Virus record (IMG/VR): IMGVR_UViG_3300034358_000032 | Location: 5,581-69,580 of that record | Origin: a virus | Direction: 5' to 3' (one strand) | Length of the DNA stretch: 64,000 nucleotides | Shown: positions 38,900-47,924 of the stretch, one piece after another | Numbering within the stretch: the stretch's first letter is position 1 | How the letters are laid out: each line of letters opens with the position of its first letter | The notes under the pieces: model-generated | What the model saw: the letters and a program-made list of their open reading frames with translations, nothing else | What the model was told of the DNA's origin: nothing | Database searches by the model: none | Made by a program: the position numbers and the translations under genes

Positions 38900-39533
38900 C
38901 CGTCCCGAGCATAGAGGCTTTGACCCGCGCCATGATCTCGCGGACGCTCGTGCCTTTTCGGGCGATGATGGGCAAACAGCTAGAAGAAGAAGAAGAATCT
39001 AATACATTGCCCATCAGGCCGTCAGGCGGTTCCACGGAGTAGCGTTCGCTACCCTCATCGTACTGAGAACCTACCGTTTGGTTGCCCGGCGAAGGTAAAG
39101 GCGGCTCGGGAAGGGGAGCGGGCGGAACCGGCGCGGTGACCACGATGTCCGGCTCGGGTGCGGGGTCTGCGGGGTCAGACTCGGGCTCGGGAAGCAGGAG
39201 CACGTAACCGTTGGTGGCTTGGTCGGCCTTGACCCGGCGCATCATCCAGTTGAGCAGCCCGGCGGCCTTCAGCGCCTTGATGGCCCGCTCCACGCTCGGC
39301 TCCGACCGGCGAGCCAGTTCACCCAGGCGGGCGTATCCGGGACAGCAGATCCCCTCCAGCGACAGACAGGACAGCAGAGCGCGGGCGACATCCGCCGTGG
39401 CCGAGGCCGTCCCGAAGCGGACGTGAACCTGAAAGGTCCAGCGAGCCCGTTCCCAGGCGTGAAGCGGTTGGCGGGGAGCCGGGGACTCTACTGATCCCGG
39501 TCTGTAGCGACGGCGTGGTGACTGATCTGACAT
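38736..39533 (-). CDS. Winged-HTH protein, putative replication initiator
   Basis: CCPGYARLGELARRSEPSVERAIKALKAAGLLNW...QATNGYVL pattern of HTH_36/Rep proteins; GGAGG RBS. Confidence 0.7.
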   Translation of the reverse strand: MSDQSPRRRYRPGSVESPAPRQPLHAWERARWTFQVHVRFGTASATADVARALLSCLSLEGICCPGYARLGELARRSEPSVERAIKALKAAGLLNWMMRRVKADQATNGYVLLLPEPESDPADPAPEPDIVVTAPVPPAPLPEPPLPSPGNQTVGSQYDEGSERYSVEPPDGLMGNVLDSSSSSSCLPIIARKGTSVREIMARVKASMLGTARGRVPRVATAPARLSAPPSTPPPPGATAAAPQAPDPGTQSVSCDPPRRFEGPG

Positions 39534-39900
39534 CCGAACCTCCTGGCGAGGCCGGGTCGTCTCCGTTCACGAAAGGCGGAACCACACAAAGAGCGCACTT
39601 TCCCGGAGCAACGAGGGGTTGCTTTTGCGGGGTGAGTTGGCGATATTCGGGGGGAAGGGTTGTTCTTTCCTCGTGGCGCTCTTGCAAAGCGTTCCCGAAA
39701 ATCTTTCTAGGTTTTCTTTGTGTGGGTCGTCTCCGTCGTGGGGGACGGCCCAAACTCTTTCTAGGGTTGTAAACTCCGATAACGTTGCGCGCATCCTGCC
39801 GAAGTTCCGGGCGGCCCGCAAACCTTCTGTTGTCATCTGCGGGATTGTCAGCCCCCCGAATCGCCGAATCCGCGGCGACTCGGCGTCAACAACCGGTGAT

Positions 39901-40116
39901 CTACTCCGGCGGAAGCAGCTCGGTATGACACGCCCGCGCAAGAACCAGCAGCCGGGCGCCATGCAGGGCGATGAAGGAACAGGTCTCGCCGGTCTGCATC
40001 TGCGTGCAGAGGGGAACCATTTCCGCGAAGGTGTCGAGGATGAGCCGGTCCTTCAGCGCGCGAACGTCGATCTCTGCGCTGGTGCGTTGCTTGGCCGGAC
40101 GAATGGGCGTGTCCAA
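39901..40116 (-). CDS. Hypothetical protein
   Basis: GAAGGAAGG RBS before TTG 40116. Confidence 0.5.
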   Translation of the reverse strand: MDTPIRPAKQRTSAEIDVRALKDRLILDTFAEMVPLCTQMQTGETCSFIALHGARLLVLARACHTELLPPE

Positions 40117-40178
40117 AATAAACCTTCCTTCTGCGATCAAAACTTATACCGCCGGAAAGGTCTAATAAGTCACTGAAG

Positions 40179-40406
40179 TCATTGTTCCGGACGGGCCGAT
40201 TTCTCAACCGCCACGATCCGGTTCGTGACTATGGATCGATAGGCGCCATCGGCCCCGAGAAGCAAGGGAATGACATCGATGTGCCCCTGGAAGATGCCAT
40301 CGAAGTGCACCATTAGGGAAGCACCGTTCGGCGACGCGAGACCGATCCAGGCGTCCATGGACTGCCCATCCGAAAAGATCGTGACGCCGTCGCCGCGGGC
40401 CCACAT
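40179..40406 (-). CDS. Hypothetical protein
   Basis: ATG overlapping the upstream TGA; IGLASPNGASLMVHFDG. Confidence 0.6.
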   Translation of the reverse strand: MWARGDGVTIFSDGQSMDAWIGLASPNGASLMVHFDGIFQGHIDVIPLLLGADGAYRSIVTNRIVAVEKSARPEQ

Positions 40407-40651
40407 CAATGTTGTGACCGGAACCAGCTCATAGCGGCATCGGAGGCCATGAACACGCGGTAGAGCCGGTTGTCCTCGCCGACCGCGAGCGGGGTGACGT
40501 CGATCAGCCGGACCCAATCCTCCATCAGCAACGCCTCGAAAGCCTTCTGTTCCTCGGGGGTGCCGAACCCGGCGCCGAGCGGGATCGCGAACTTGCCGCC
40601 ATCTGTCGCCAGCTTCAACACCGCAAAGCGGGCGGTCTCATCCTCGGTCAA
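40406..40651 (-). CDS. Hypothetical protein
   Basis: TTGA-coupled to the upstream gene. Confidence 0.6.
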   Translation of the reverse strand: MTEDETARFAVLKLATDGGKFAIPLGAGFGTPEEQKAFEALLMEDWVRLIDVTPLAVGEDNRLYRVFMASDAAMSWFRSQH

Positions 40652-41079
40652 TGAGCGGCCCCGTTGAGCCGCTCGTGGTCAGCCTCGAGGTGCTCGATGG
40701 TCTTCGGCCGACGTGACCCGGGGGCTTTCTCGGGGAGGCCGCGTGCCACACGCAGGTATAGGCGAACCGTCGATGCCGAATCCCTGGCAAGGCTGGCCGG
40801 AGGGTTCTTGCCGACAGCCTTGTGCGCCTCAAGCGACGCTTGGATGGCCGCCGCGATCCCGACCAGATCAAGGTTCAGGATGTGGTCATCGGGGTGCGGC
40901 TGGCGGTCTTCCTCGGTCTTCGGCGGGATCACCATGCCGGCTTGCTCTCCGGCCAGTTTGTGGACGGCATCGGCCATCCATTCGGCCATCGTCTGGTCCT
41001 GTGCGTTGGCGCATTTAAGGGCGAGTTGGCGCACTTTGACCGGCACGTTCTTGATCGTCCACGGGGCTGTTTCGCGCAT
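40648..41079 (-). CDS. Putative ribbon-helix-helix DNA-binding protein
   Basis: PWTIKNVPVKVRQLALKCA....TMAEWMADAV strand-helix-helix pattern. Confidence 0.6.
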   Translation of the reverse strand: MRETAPWTIKNVPVKVRQLALKCANAQDQTMAEWMADAVHKLAGEQAGMVIPPKTEEDRQPHPDDHILNLDLVGIAAAIQASLEAHKAVGKNPPASLARDSASTVRLYLRVARGLPEKAPGSRRPKTIEHLEADHERLNGAAH

Positions 41080-41109
41080 ATTGGCGGGTTCCTTGCGGTT
41101 CCAGGCGGC

Positions 41110-41152
41110 TTAAAAGGATTCGGGGTTTGCCCGACAGTCAAACCGCTTTAGT
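41110..41152 (-). promoter_or_regulatory. Putative leftward promoter with conserved upstream box
   Basis: ACTAAAGCGGT-TTGACT...CTTTTA; near-identical to 44299-44338. Confidence 0.5.
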
Positions 41153-41194
41153 GCGCGTATCGGCCGAAAATGCAACCTTCTGAACGTGACGTTG

Positions 41195-41422
41195 TCATGC
41201 TCGTGATCTGACACGGCGCCGTTTAGGTGGGGCGCGTTCCTCTGACTTGAGCCATGGAAACCCGTCCACCTTGGCGCAATCGAAGCCGCACCAGCAGCGT
41301 TCGTAGGCGTGGCGATCTTGGCCCCACATAGTGACAATCGTCACTCCCTGCCTGCCGCACACTGCGCAGTGCGCGGCCGCCAGGGTGAAGCGGGGCGCCG
41401 GTGTCGGCGCTGCCACGTTCAT
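41195..41422 (-). CDS. Small Cys-rich (zinc-binding) protein
   Basis: CAVC and CWCGFDC; ATGA coupling. Confidence 0.6.
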   Translation of the reverse strand: MNVAAPTPAPRFTLAAAHCAVCGRQGVTIVTMWGQDRHAYERCWCGFDCAKVDGFPWLKSEERAPPKRRRVRSRA

Positions 41423-41658
41423 GCCGTCTCGATAGCCGCTTTCCGCCCGCGCGCCGGGCGCTCGATCGGCTTGGGCTCGGTCCGCTCAGCAGCGCGAAGC
41501 ACATCGACGGCCGACCAATGGACGCGCGGGCCGTCCTCGCTGCCGAGGCGAGCCACCGGAAGTTCCTCGAGGTGACGTTGCAGGTGACCGGTCAGGTCCG
41601 ACACGCTCACCGAATCATCGACCGGAACTCGTACGCGAACATCCAACAGCTTGGTCAT
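41419..41658 (-). CDS. Hypothetical protein
   Basis: ATGA coupling to the ATPase stop. Confidence 0.6.
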   Translation of the reverse strand: MTKLLDVRVRVPVDDSVSVSDLTGHLQRHLEELPVARLGSEDGPRVHWSAVDVLRAAERTEPKPIERPARGRKAAIETA

Positions 41659-42818
41659 GATGCCATTTCCTTTACTTCTGTCCGCGCCCAACTCGCCTTG
41701 ATGGCGACGTCCAACTGCGCGTGCATTTCGGGTTTGTTCTTCTTCAGCCAAGCGACCCGATCCCGGTTCGCCTTGTCGTCCACGATGGCGTAGTGCTCGG
41801 CCCGGAGCTTCACGCCCTCGAACTTGGCGATCAGCTCCGCAAGCGCGGCCTCGGTCTTGGTCGGCGGCTTGGCTCCCTGCTCGGGCTGACCGGCGGGCAA
41901 ACTCGGGGGCGTTTCGGGCAAACCTTCAGGAGTTCCGCCGGGCGGCGGGGGGTCATCGAACCGGTCGGGCGGGGCTTCGTCAGGCTCCGGGGGCGGGGCG
42001 CCCCTGGCCTGGACGGCCGTGGGCCTCGGCTTCTCCGCCTTGGCCTGGCCGTCCGGCTTCTCGCCGCGGGCCCATGCGCCAAGCCTCCGCCCGGTCTCCT
42101 CGTCCATCTGCGCGTTGAGGTCGATCAGGCCGTCCAGCTTGTCGAAGTGCTTGAGCCATGCCGGGACGCCAGGGCGCTTGCCGTCGAAGATGAAGGAGGC
42201 GGTCATCGCGTAGGGGATGTCGCCGCCGCAAATCGGCTGATAGCCGGCATCGGTCGGTTTGGTCTTGACCCGGCCTTGCGCGTCGGTCGTCTGGACCATC
42301 TCGATCTTCTTGTCCGCATGGCAGCAGAGGATGACGTGCATGTTCAACTGCCAGAGCCTTTGCAGCAGGTGCTTATGCTCGCCCTTCGGCTTGATCCAGG
42401 CAGCCATCTTGCAGGCCTCGCGCCGGGCCCAATCGTTGTTCGGGACCATCCGCTGCAACTCGGCCTCGAACATATCTAATAGACCACCAGGCCCTACGTG
42501 CTCGTGCGTGAAGCTGTCGCAGATCCAGACCGCAGCCTTGGCGCGCTGAGCGGAGACGGCCGCCAGTTCGAACTTGGCCGGGTTGAACGGCTCTTTTAAT
42601 TCGAGGTGGAGAAACTCGAAGTCGTCGGCGTAGTGCAGCATCCGGCCGTGCTCGGTGTCGCAGCCGAGGATGGGACCGCCATTCGCGAGCCCGGTCGCCA
42701 CGCGCAGCGCCGACTTGGTCTTGCCGCTGCCGGACGGCCCCGCGAACATCATCAGCAGGCCGCTGTTGCGGCGCTTGGCCGGGCTGTAAATCAGGTCGCT
42801 ATCGGGCGCTTTGCTCAT
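41655..42818 (-). CDS. AAA ATPase (AAA_24 / Sak4-like recombination ATPase)
   Basis: Walker A GPSGSGKT, DTE and ICDSFTHEH; two genes from the RecE-like nuclease. Confidence 0.85.
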   Translation of the reverse strand: MSKAPDSDLIYSPAKRRNSGLLMMFAGPSGSGKTKSALRVATGLANGGPILGCDTEHGRMLHYADDFEFLHLELKEPFNPAKFELAAVSAQRAKAAVWICDSFTHEHVGPGGLLDMFEAELQRMVPNNDWARREACKMAAWIKPKGEHKHLLQRLWQLNMHVILCCHADKKIEMVQTTDAQGRVKTKPTDAGYQPICGGDIPYAMTASFIFDGKRPGVPAWLKHFDKLDGLIDLNAQMDEETGRRLGAWARGEKPDGQAKAEKPRPTAVQARGAPPPEPDEAPPDRFDDPPPPGGTPEGLPETPPSLPAGQPEQGAKPPTKTEAALAELIAKFEGVKLRAEHYAIVDDKANRDRVAWLKKNKPEMHAQLDVAIKASWARTEVKEMAS

Positions 42819-43138
42819 GGGAAATAGGTGATCGGGAGCGTGAGCTGCTGTTGCAGGTAGAGAGCAACGCACCGGGCGCTACGCCGCTCGTTGTTGGTCC
42901 AGAGCGGTGAGGCCTCGGCCGCCTTGATGGCGCGGTCGATCGCGGCCGCAACCTCGGAACGCTCAACCCATCTGGCGGTATCGAGTGGGGGCGGGGGCTC
43001 GGTGCGAACGACGCGCAACGTGGGTTCCTGGCGGCGCCGGTCGGGCTGGACACAGAAGGTGGCGAGCACATCGCCATGGCCCGCTTCCGCCAGTTCCGGC
43101 GGCCGGCGGAAGAACGTCAGCAGGCGGTTGAGGGTCAT
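42815..43138 (-). CDS. Hypothetical protein
   Basis: ATGA-coupled on both sides. Confidence 0.6.
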   Translation of the reverse strand: MTLNRLLTFFRRPPELAEAGHGDVLATFCVQPDRRRQEPTLRVVRTEPPPPLDTARWVERSEVAAAIDRAIKAAEASPLWTNNERRSARCVALYLQQQLTLPITYFP

Positions 43139-44244
43139 CCGGCAAAGTCTCCTGTTTCCACCATCTGAACGCCGATCGGTATCTCGCGCGCCTGACGCAT
43201 CAGGTCTTGCACCCGGGGCGACAAGCCCGCCCGTTCCTCCCACTCGCGCACGATCCACGAGGGCGGATGCACGTACTGAGGCTCGTCCGGGTAGCCTGGC
43301 CAGATGCCGGTATCGAGGCAGTTTTCCCATAGGGACAACCCGGCGCGAACCTTCTGGCCGGCGATGTCCAGGGCAACCGGCGTCATCTCGAACACCGCAA
43401 TCGCATGGGGCGGGTTCTGCTCCACCACGCAGAACTTCATGCCGTCAGGCGGCTCACCGCGCACCATCTCGACGCCGCGCGCGTAGAAGCTGGCTTGCAG
43501 ATCGCCGCCGTTTTCGAATGCGGCCCGCGACCACTTGCCGAGGCTGGCCGCGCCCGCGGTCGTCTTCAGGTCCCATAGCGCGGCCTCGGGGTTATCGGGC
43601 AACCAATCGACCCGAGCACGGCACCAGATCGGACCGTCTCGCCAGATCACGGTCTGCTCCGCCTTGCCCTGGGTGAAGGCTCCGGTCCTGGCGCGAAAGG
43701 CCTCGAGGACATCGATCAGCCGCATGGCTCGGCCGTAGGCCTTGGTCAGCAGCGGGATCATGCCATCGACATAGGCTGCGGCGCGGGCCTCCTTGGCGAG
43801 CTTGGTGCGCCAATCGGGAAAGTCCACGCGCTGAATGATCGACCGGTTTTGCAGGAACGAAGCATGCGCGGCGGAGCCGACATCCATCACTTCGTCATCG
43901 CTGCCGGCGTCCGGATTGTTGAGGCCGCCGAGCCGGGGATGCAGGCAATACGCATGGGCCGGAGACAGGTCCACCAGGCGCTTGAGAATCGACCGGGACA
44001 GCGACGGCTTGACGCAGGGGTCGGCGTGATAGTCGGCCTCGTGCATCTCGTAGATGCCGGGCTCACGAATGATCAACGGCTCCCGAACAGGGATTGTTAT
44101 GATATCGGATGTTTCCGGTTTCTGATCCGTGGGAATATCTACCACGGCGGAACGATCCACGTTTTTGGTGTCCCACCAGTCCGTAAGTGCAGGTTTAACC
44201 AATGGTTTGACCGCTGTTTCTCGTGGAGCGTTTTTTCGAGCCAT
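43135..44244 (-). CDS. PD-(D/E)XK exonuclease, RecE/ExoVIII C-terminal-like
   Basis: YHAD...LSRS, GSAAH, CRARVDW, DLKTT and QASFY motifs. Confidence 0.88.
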   Translation of the reverse strand: MARKNAPRETAVKPLVKPALTDWWDTKNVDRSAVVDIPTDQKPETSDIITIPVREPLIIREPGIYEMHEADYHADPCVKPSLSRSILKRLVDLSPAHAYCLHPRLGGLNNPDAGSDDEVMDVGSAAHASFLQNRSIIQRVDFPDWRTKLAKEARAAAYVDGMIPLLTKAYGRAMRLIDVLEAFRARTGAFTQGKAEQTVIWRDGPIWCRARVDWLPDNPEAALWDLKTTAGAASLGKWSRAAFENGGDLQASFYARGVEMVRGEPPDGMKFCVVEQNPPHAIAVFEMTPVALDIAGQKVRAGLSLWENCLDTGIWPGYPDEPQYVHPPSWIVREWEERAGLSPRVQDLMRQAREIPIGVQMVETGDFAG

Positions 44245-44298
44245 AGCCTACCTTTTTCAGATAAAGCGCGATCCGGAACAAACGGCATCGTGAGCGCC

Positions 44299-44380
44299 TA
44301 AAAGCAATGCTGCGTTGTCATTGTCAAGCCGCTTTAGTTGGGCCTTGCAAAAATGAACGATCCGTTGTCATTAGCGGCGC
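44299..44380. promoter_or_regulatory. Divergent promoter region with candidate operators
   Basis: Leftward TTGACA (44322-44327), rightward TTGCAA (44345-44350); direct repeat CGTTGTCATT at 44313 and 44363; the Cro-like gene has no RBS and may be leaderless. Confidence 0.6.
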
Positions 44381-44725
44381 ATGCCTGAGAAAGCCAACAA
44401 GACGTTCCTCGACGGCTGGATGCGACAGCACGGTGTGACCAGCATCGCGATGGCTGAAACGTGCCAGACGACGCGGCAGTCGGTGCAGATATGGCGCCAA
44501 GGCAAACGCAGGATCGGCGTCGAATACGCGCGCCGGATCAGCGAGGCATACGAGATCCCTCTGCACATGCTGCGACCGGACGTTTGGGACGATCCAGCCA
44601 AAGCCGAGGGCGAGATTCACGCCGCGAGAGGGCAATCCCCCTTGTCCTGTGCTGTGCGTGACGGCGGCGGTCGAAGCCGCAAGGGTCCGGCTCCTGTCCC
44701 GGGGTCGACCGCCGCCAACGCTTAG
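44381..44725 (+). CDS. Cro/YdaS-like HTH regulator
   Basis: MAETCQTTRQSVQIWRQG...IPLHMLRPDVW. Confidence 0.85.
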   Translation: MPEKANKTFLDGWMRQHGVTSIAMAETCQTTRQSVQIWRQGKRRIGVEYARRISEAYEIPLHMLRPDVWDDPAKAEGEIHAARGQSPLSCAVRDGGGRSRKGPAPVPGSTAANA

Positions 44726-44757
44726 TTCCCAACTTCAAAGTCAGAAAGAAGCTCGCA

Positions 44758-45396
44758 ATGGTAGCAAACCTGTCCGAAGCCCGCTCCCACAACGTCGCGC
44801 CGGAGTTGTTCCTCAAGCATTTCCGGGAAATCCGCGATTGCCAAAGAGCGCACGAAGACAGCGGAATGGCTCTGGCCAGGGCGAAGAAGTCGGCGAAGAC
44901 CTCGGGCATCGACATGGATGCCCTCAAGATGTTGGAGCGGCTGGCTAAGAAGGATGACGACGAGGTCGAGGTCCAGCTTCGCCACGCCCGCGAATACGCT
45001 GTCTGGCTCGACATGCCGCTTGGTACGCAGCTTGGGCTGTTCGCCCCCAAGCTGGTGGACCTGCCGGTCGCAGCGGTGAAGCACGGGACCAAAGAGACAC
45101 AGAAGATATGGGAAGCCGGCGCCCAAGGCCTGAAGGCCGGTCGCGACGGCGAAGGTGCGATGGATAATCCCTATCCGGCCGGCACCCCCGGCTTCGTCGA
45201 ATGGTCCAAGCAGCATACCCTCGGCCTGGCCGAGCGCGCGACCGCCGCCCGCATGGGTGAGGACACCGAAGACGAGCGCCCCGCCGACATCGCCCCGGCA
45301 ACACGCCGCGGCAAGCCCGCAGCACCGCGTGGCGCCAAGGCGCAGGCGGCTCTCGACAAGGCCCGTAGCCACCTCGGCGGCTCCGCCCTGAACTGA
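44758..45396 (+). CDS. GapR (DUF2312)-like protein with C-terminal Rmf/CrpP-like segment
   Basis: AKTSGIDMDALKMLERLAKKD...Y..WLDM resembles GapR; G.KAG..G....NPY.....W resembles Rmf. Confidence 0.6.
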   Translation: MVANLSEARSHNVAPELFLKHFREIRDCQRAHEDSGMALARAKKSAKTSGIDMDALKMLERLAKKDDDEVEVQLRHAREYAVWLDMPLGTQLGLFAPKLVDLPVAAVKHGTKETQKIWEAGAQGLKAGRDGEGAMDNPYPAGTPGFVEWSKQHTLGLAERATAARMGEDTEDERPADIAPATRRGKPAAPRGAKAQAALDKARSHLGGSALN

Positions 45397-45402
45397 TGGG
45401 GC

Positions 45403-45837
45403 ATGGCCGTGGCGCGGCGGGCCCCCCTTACTCTCTACGCTCCACAGCAGAGCGAGCATCAACTGCAGGTGGACTGCACGAAGATGCTCAATCTCGTGCT
45501 GATCCCGGACGTGGTGTGGTCTGCGATCGATCATGCCCATTCTCTGGATCGCCGGGCCGGTCGGTACGGGGTGCCGATCGGCCTGATCGAGATGCAGAAG
45601 CGTAAGGCTCGCGGTGTTAAGGCCGGGATCTTCGACTACATCTTTTTCTATCAAAGGCGTGCGTTTCACATCGAACTGAAGCGCGACGCCGACGGCGATC
45701 TCTCAGCCGATCAGATCACATGGGCCAAGGGCCTGATCGCCCAAGGCTTCGAGATCAAGATTTGCTGGACCAAGGATCAAGTCTTCAACACCGTCGCAGG
45801 CTGGGGCCTGACGCGGCCGGGAACCAAACTTCAATGA
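45403..45837 (+). CDS. VRR-NUC domain nuclease (resolvase-like)
   Basis: EHQLQ, GVKAGIFD and IELKR...LSADQ motifs. Confidence 0.85.
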   Translation: MAVARRAPLTLYAPQQSEHQLQVDCTKMLNLVLIPDVVWSAIDHAHSLDRRAGRYGVPIGLIEMQKRKARGVKAGIFDYIFFYQRRAFHIELKRDADGDLSADQITWAKGLIAQGFEIKICWTKDQVFNTVAGWGLTRPGTKLQ

Positions 45838-46088
45838 TGAGTTGGACAGCACGCGCGCAACGTCGTGGCGCCGGAGTAACCTTCTTTCGCCCGCCGCTGG
45901 AACACATGCGGGAAAGCGGATGGCACACCGTCGATACTCCGGATGGCATGAAGTCGCTGCAATGGCGGCCGGGGGTTGACCGATGGATCGACAGTTTCGG
46001 GCGTAAATATACAAGCGAATACGCCGGCGCTAACGGCTGGGTTTACGTCGCGTCGGCTGCCCCGCCGGATCACGCAGCCTCACGATGA
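45834..46088 (+). CDS. Small hypothetical Trp-rich protein
   Basis: ATGA coupling on both sides. Confidence 0.55.
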   Translation: MMSWTARAQRRGAGVTFFRPPLEHMRESGWHTVDTPDGMKSLQWRPGVDRWIDSFGRKYTSEYAGANGWVYVASAAPPDHAASR

Positions 46089-46552
46089 TACCAGAGCGGG
46101 ACCTGCTGCGAGAACCAGCGGCCCCGCGCGCAACCGCGAGCGCAGCCGATCGCGTGCAATGGCTGCGCAACCGCATCCGTCATGTCGCTCGCGATCTGGC
46201 GGTACTCGAGGTATTGGCCATCTTGCCGCCGGATCGGTCCGGCGAAGAACTGGGCATGATAGCCGACGCCTGGGGCGACAAGATCGGCGCCAATGACGAC
46301 GTTATCCGCGCGGCCGTGCAGGCTGAGCGGGAAATCTCCGGCCAGGTAGCGGGCCGTCTCGTAGACCAGTTGCAGCGGACCGTGTTTGCGCTCGGTCGCG
46401 AGCACGCACCTGGACCGGAGATTATGGCAGCGGCGGAGTCACTGTGTGAGCGACTGGCGGTGTTCGTGCCCGCCAAGCTGCTCCTCCGCCGCTGCCAGAT
46501 GATAGCCAACCGCGCGTCCGCGCCCGCATCGCGGAGGCGTCGCTTTGGTTGA
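46085..46552 (+). CDS. Hypothetical protein preceding the helicase
   Basis: Coupled chain; helical composition. Confidence 0.65.
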   Translation: MIPERDLLREPAAPRATASAADRVQWLRNRIRHVARDLAVLEVLAILPPDRSGEELGMIADAWGDKIGANDDVIRAAVQAEREISGQVAGRLVDQLQRTVFALGREHAPGPEIMAAAESLCERLAVFVPAKLLLRRCQMIANRASAPASRRRRFG

Positions 46553-47792
46553 TACCGGGGATCCGTTTTGGGACGACATGCCGGAGGACATCCGCAAGGG
46601 CGGGCATCTGCGGGCAATCGATGGCGTCGACACCGAACTGGTGTTCCGCGAGGCGCGGCTCCCTGATCCGACTACGATCCCGCCACGTCCCTGGCTCTAC
46701 GGCACGCAGCTCCTACGCGGCTTCGTCTCCGTGCTGGTGGCGCCGGGCGGGGTAGGGAAGACAGGCTACGCAATGGGGGTGGCGTTGGCCCTGGCGTCCG
46801 GCCGCCCGATCTTCGGAGAAAAGATTTTCGTCCGCTGCAACGTCGCGGTGCTGAACCTTGAAGACCCGCTGGATGAACTCGAACGCCGGCTCGCGGCGCT
46901 GATGATCCACCACAACATGGACCGCGAGGAGATCAAGGGCCGCTACTTCCTCTACTCCGCCGATGACCGCCGCATCACCATTGCCTCCCTGTCTGACGAC
47001 GGCTCGGACATCGTCCACCCCGACGAAGCCGCGATGATCCGGGAGATCACCTCGCACAAGATCGGCGTGCTGGTGGTCGATCCATTTGCCGAGAGCCACG
47101 CCCTCGACGAGAACAGCAATCCGCAGATGATTCGCGCGGCTGCGGCGTGGCGGCGGATCGCGCGCGCGACCGGCTGCGCAATCCTGCTGATCCATCATGT
47201 CCGCAAGGGCCTGGTCACCGACATCGACAGCGCCAGAGGGGCCAAGGCTTTGACCGACAGCGCCAGGGTCGGCCTGTTGCTGGCACCGATGACGGTCGAA
47301 GAAGCCCACGAATTCGATATCCGCATGGAGGACAGGACCGGGTTCGTGCGCCTCGATGACGCCAAGGCCAACATGGCCAAGAAGGCCGGCGTCGCGCGCT
47401 GGTTCCAGCTTGAGACCATAGAACTGCGCAACGTCTCGGAGGACTATCCGAACGGCGACCGGGTTGCCGCCATCGCCCGCTGGACCCCGCCATCCGTGAT
47501 GGGCGAACTGACCACGGCTCAGTGCTGCGACGCACTGGACGCGATCGACAAAGGCCCGCGCCCCGGCGTCCGCTACACCAACCATTCGTCCGCCAAGGCG
47601 GCCAAGCGTTGGGCCGGACAAGTGCTCATCGAGCTCTACGGCGTCTCCGAGAGTCGGGCGGCCATTATCGTCCTGACGTGGATCAAAAGCGGGGTTCTGG
47701 AAGCCCGGCAATACCACGACGACGAACAGCGCAAAGAGCGTTCCGGTTTGTTCTCAGTCGCAGCTAAGCGTCCGGGGAATGAGATCCGATGA
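46545..47792 (+). CDS. AAA_25 / RSF1010 RepA-like replicative helicase
   Basis: APGGVGKT, NLED, VVDP, IHHVRK and ARGAKALTDSAR motifs. Confidence 0.9.
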   Translation: MVDTGDPFWDDMPEDIRKGGHLRAIDGVDTELVFREARLPDPTTIPPRPWLYGTQLLRGFVSVLVAPGGVGKTGYAMGVALALASGRPIFGEKIFVRCNVAVLNLEDPLDELERRLAALMIHHNMDREEIKGRYFLYSADDRRITIASLSDDGSDIVHPDEAAMIREITSHKIGVLVVDPFAESHALDENSNPQMIRAAAAWRRIARATGCAILLIHHVRKGLVTDIDSARGAKALTDSARVGLLLAPMTVEEAHEFDIRMEDRTGFVRLDDAKANMAKKAGVARWFQLETIELRNVSEDYPNGDRVAAIARWTPPSVMGELTTAQCCDALDAIDKGPRPGVRYTNHSSAKAAKRWAGQVLIELYGVSESRAAIIVLTWIKSGVLEARQYHDDEQRKERSGLFSVAAKRPGNEIR

Positions 47793-47924
47793 CGTTCCGT
47801 GCCGAATGTGCATACCGGCGCAGAGACGGCCGTTCACACCATAAAAACGCCGAGTATCGGCGCGTAAAGGCGGGTATTTCGGCGCAGAAAATCCGGGTCA
47901 AATCGGGCCCTGGCGCATTCGCAA

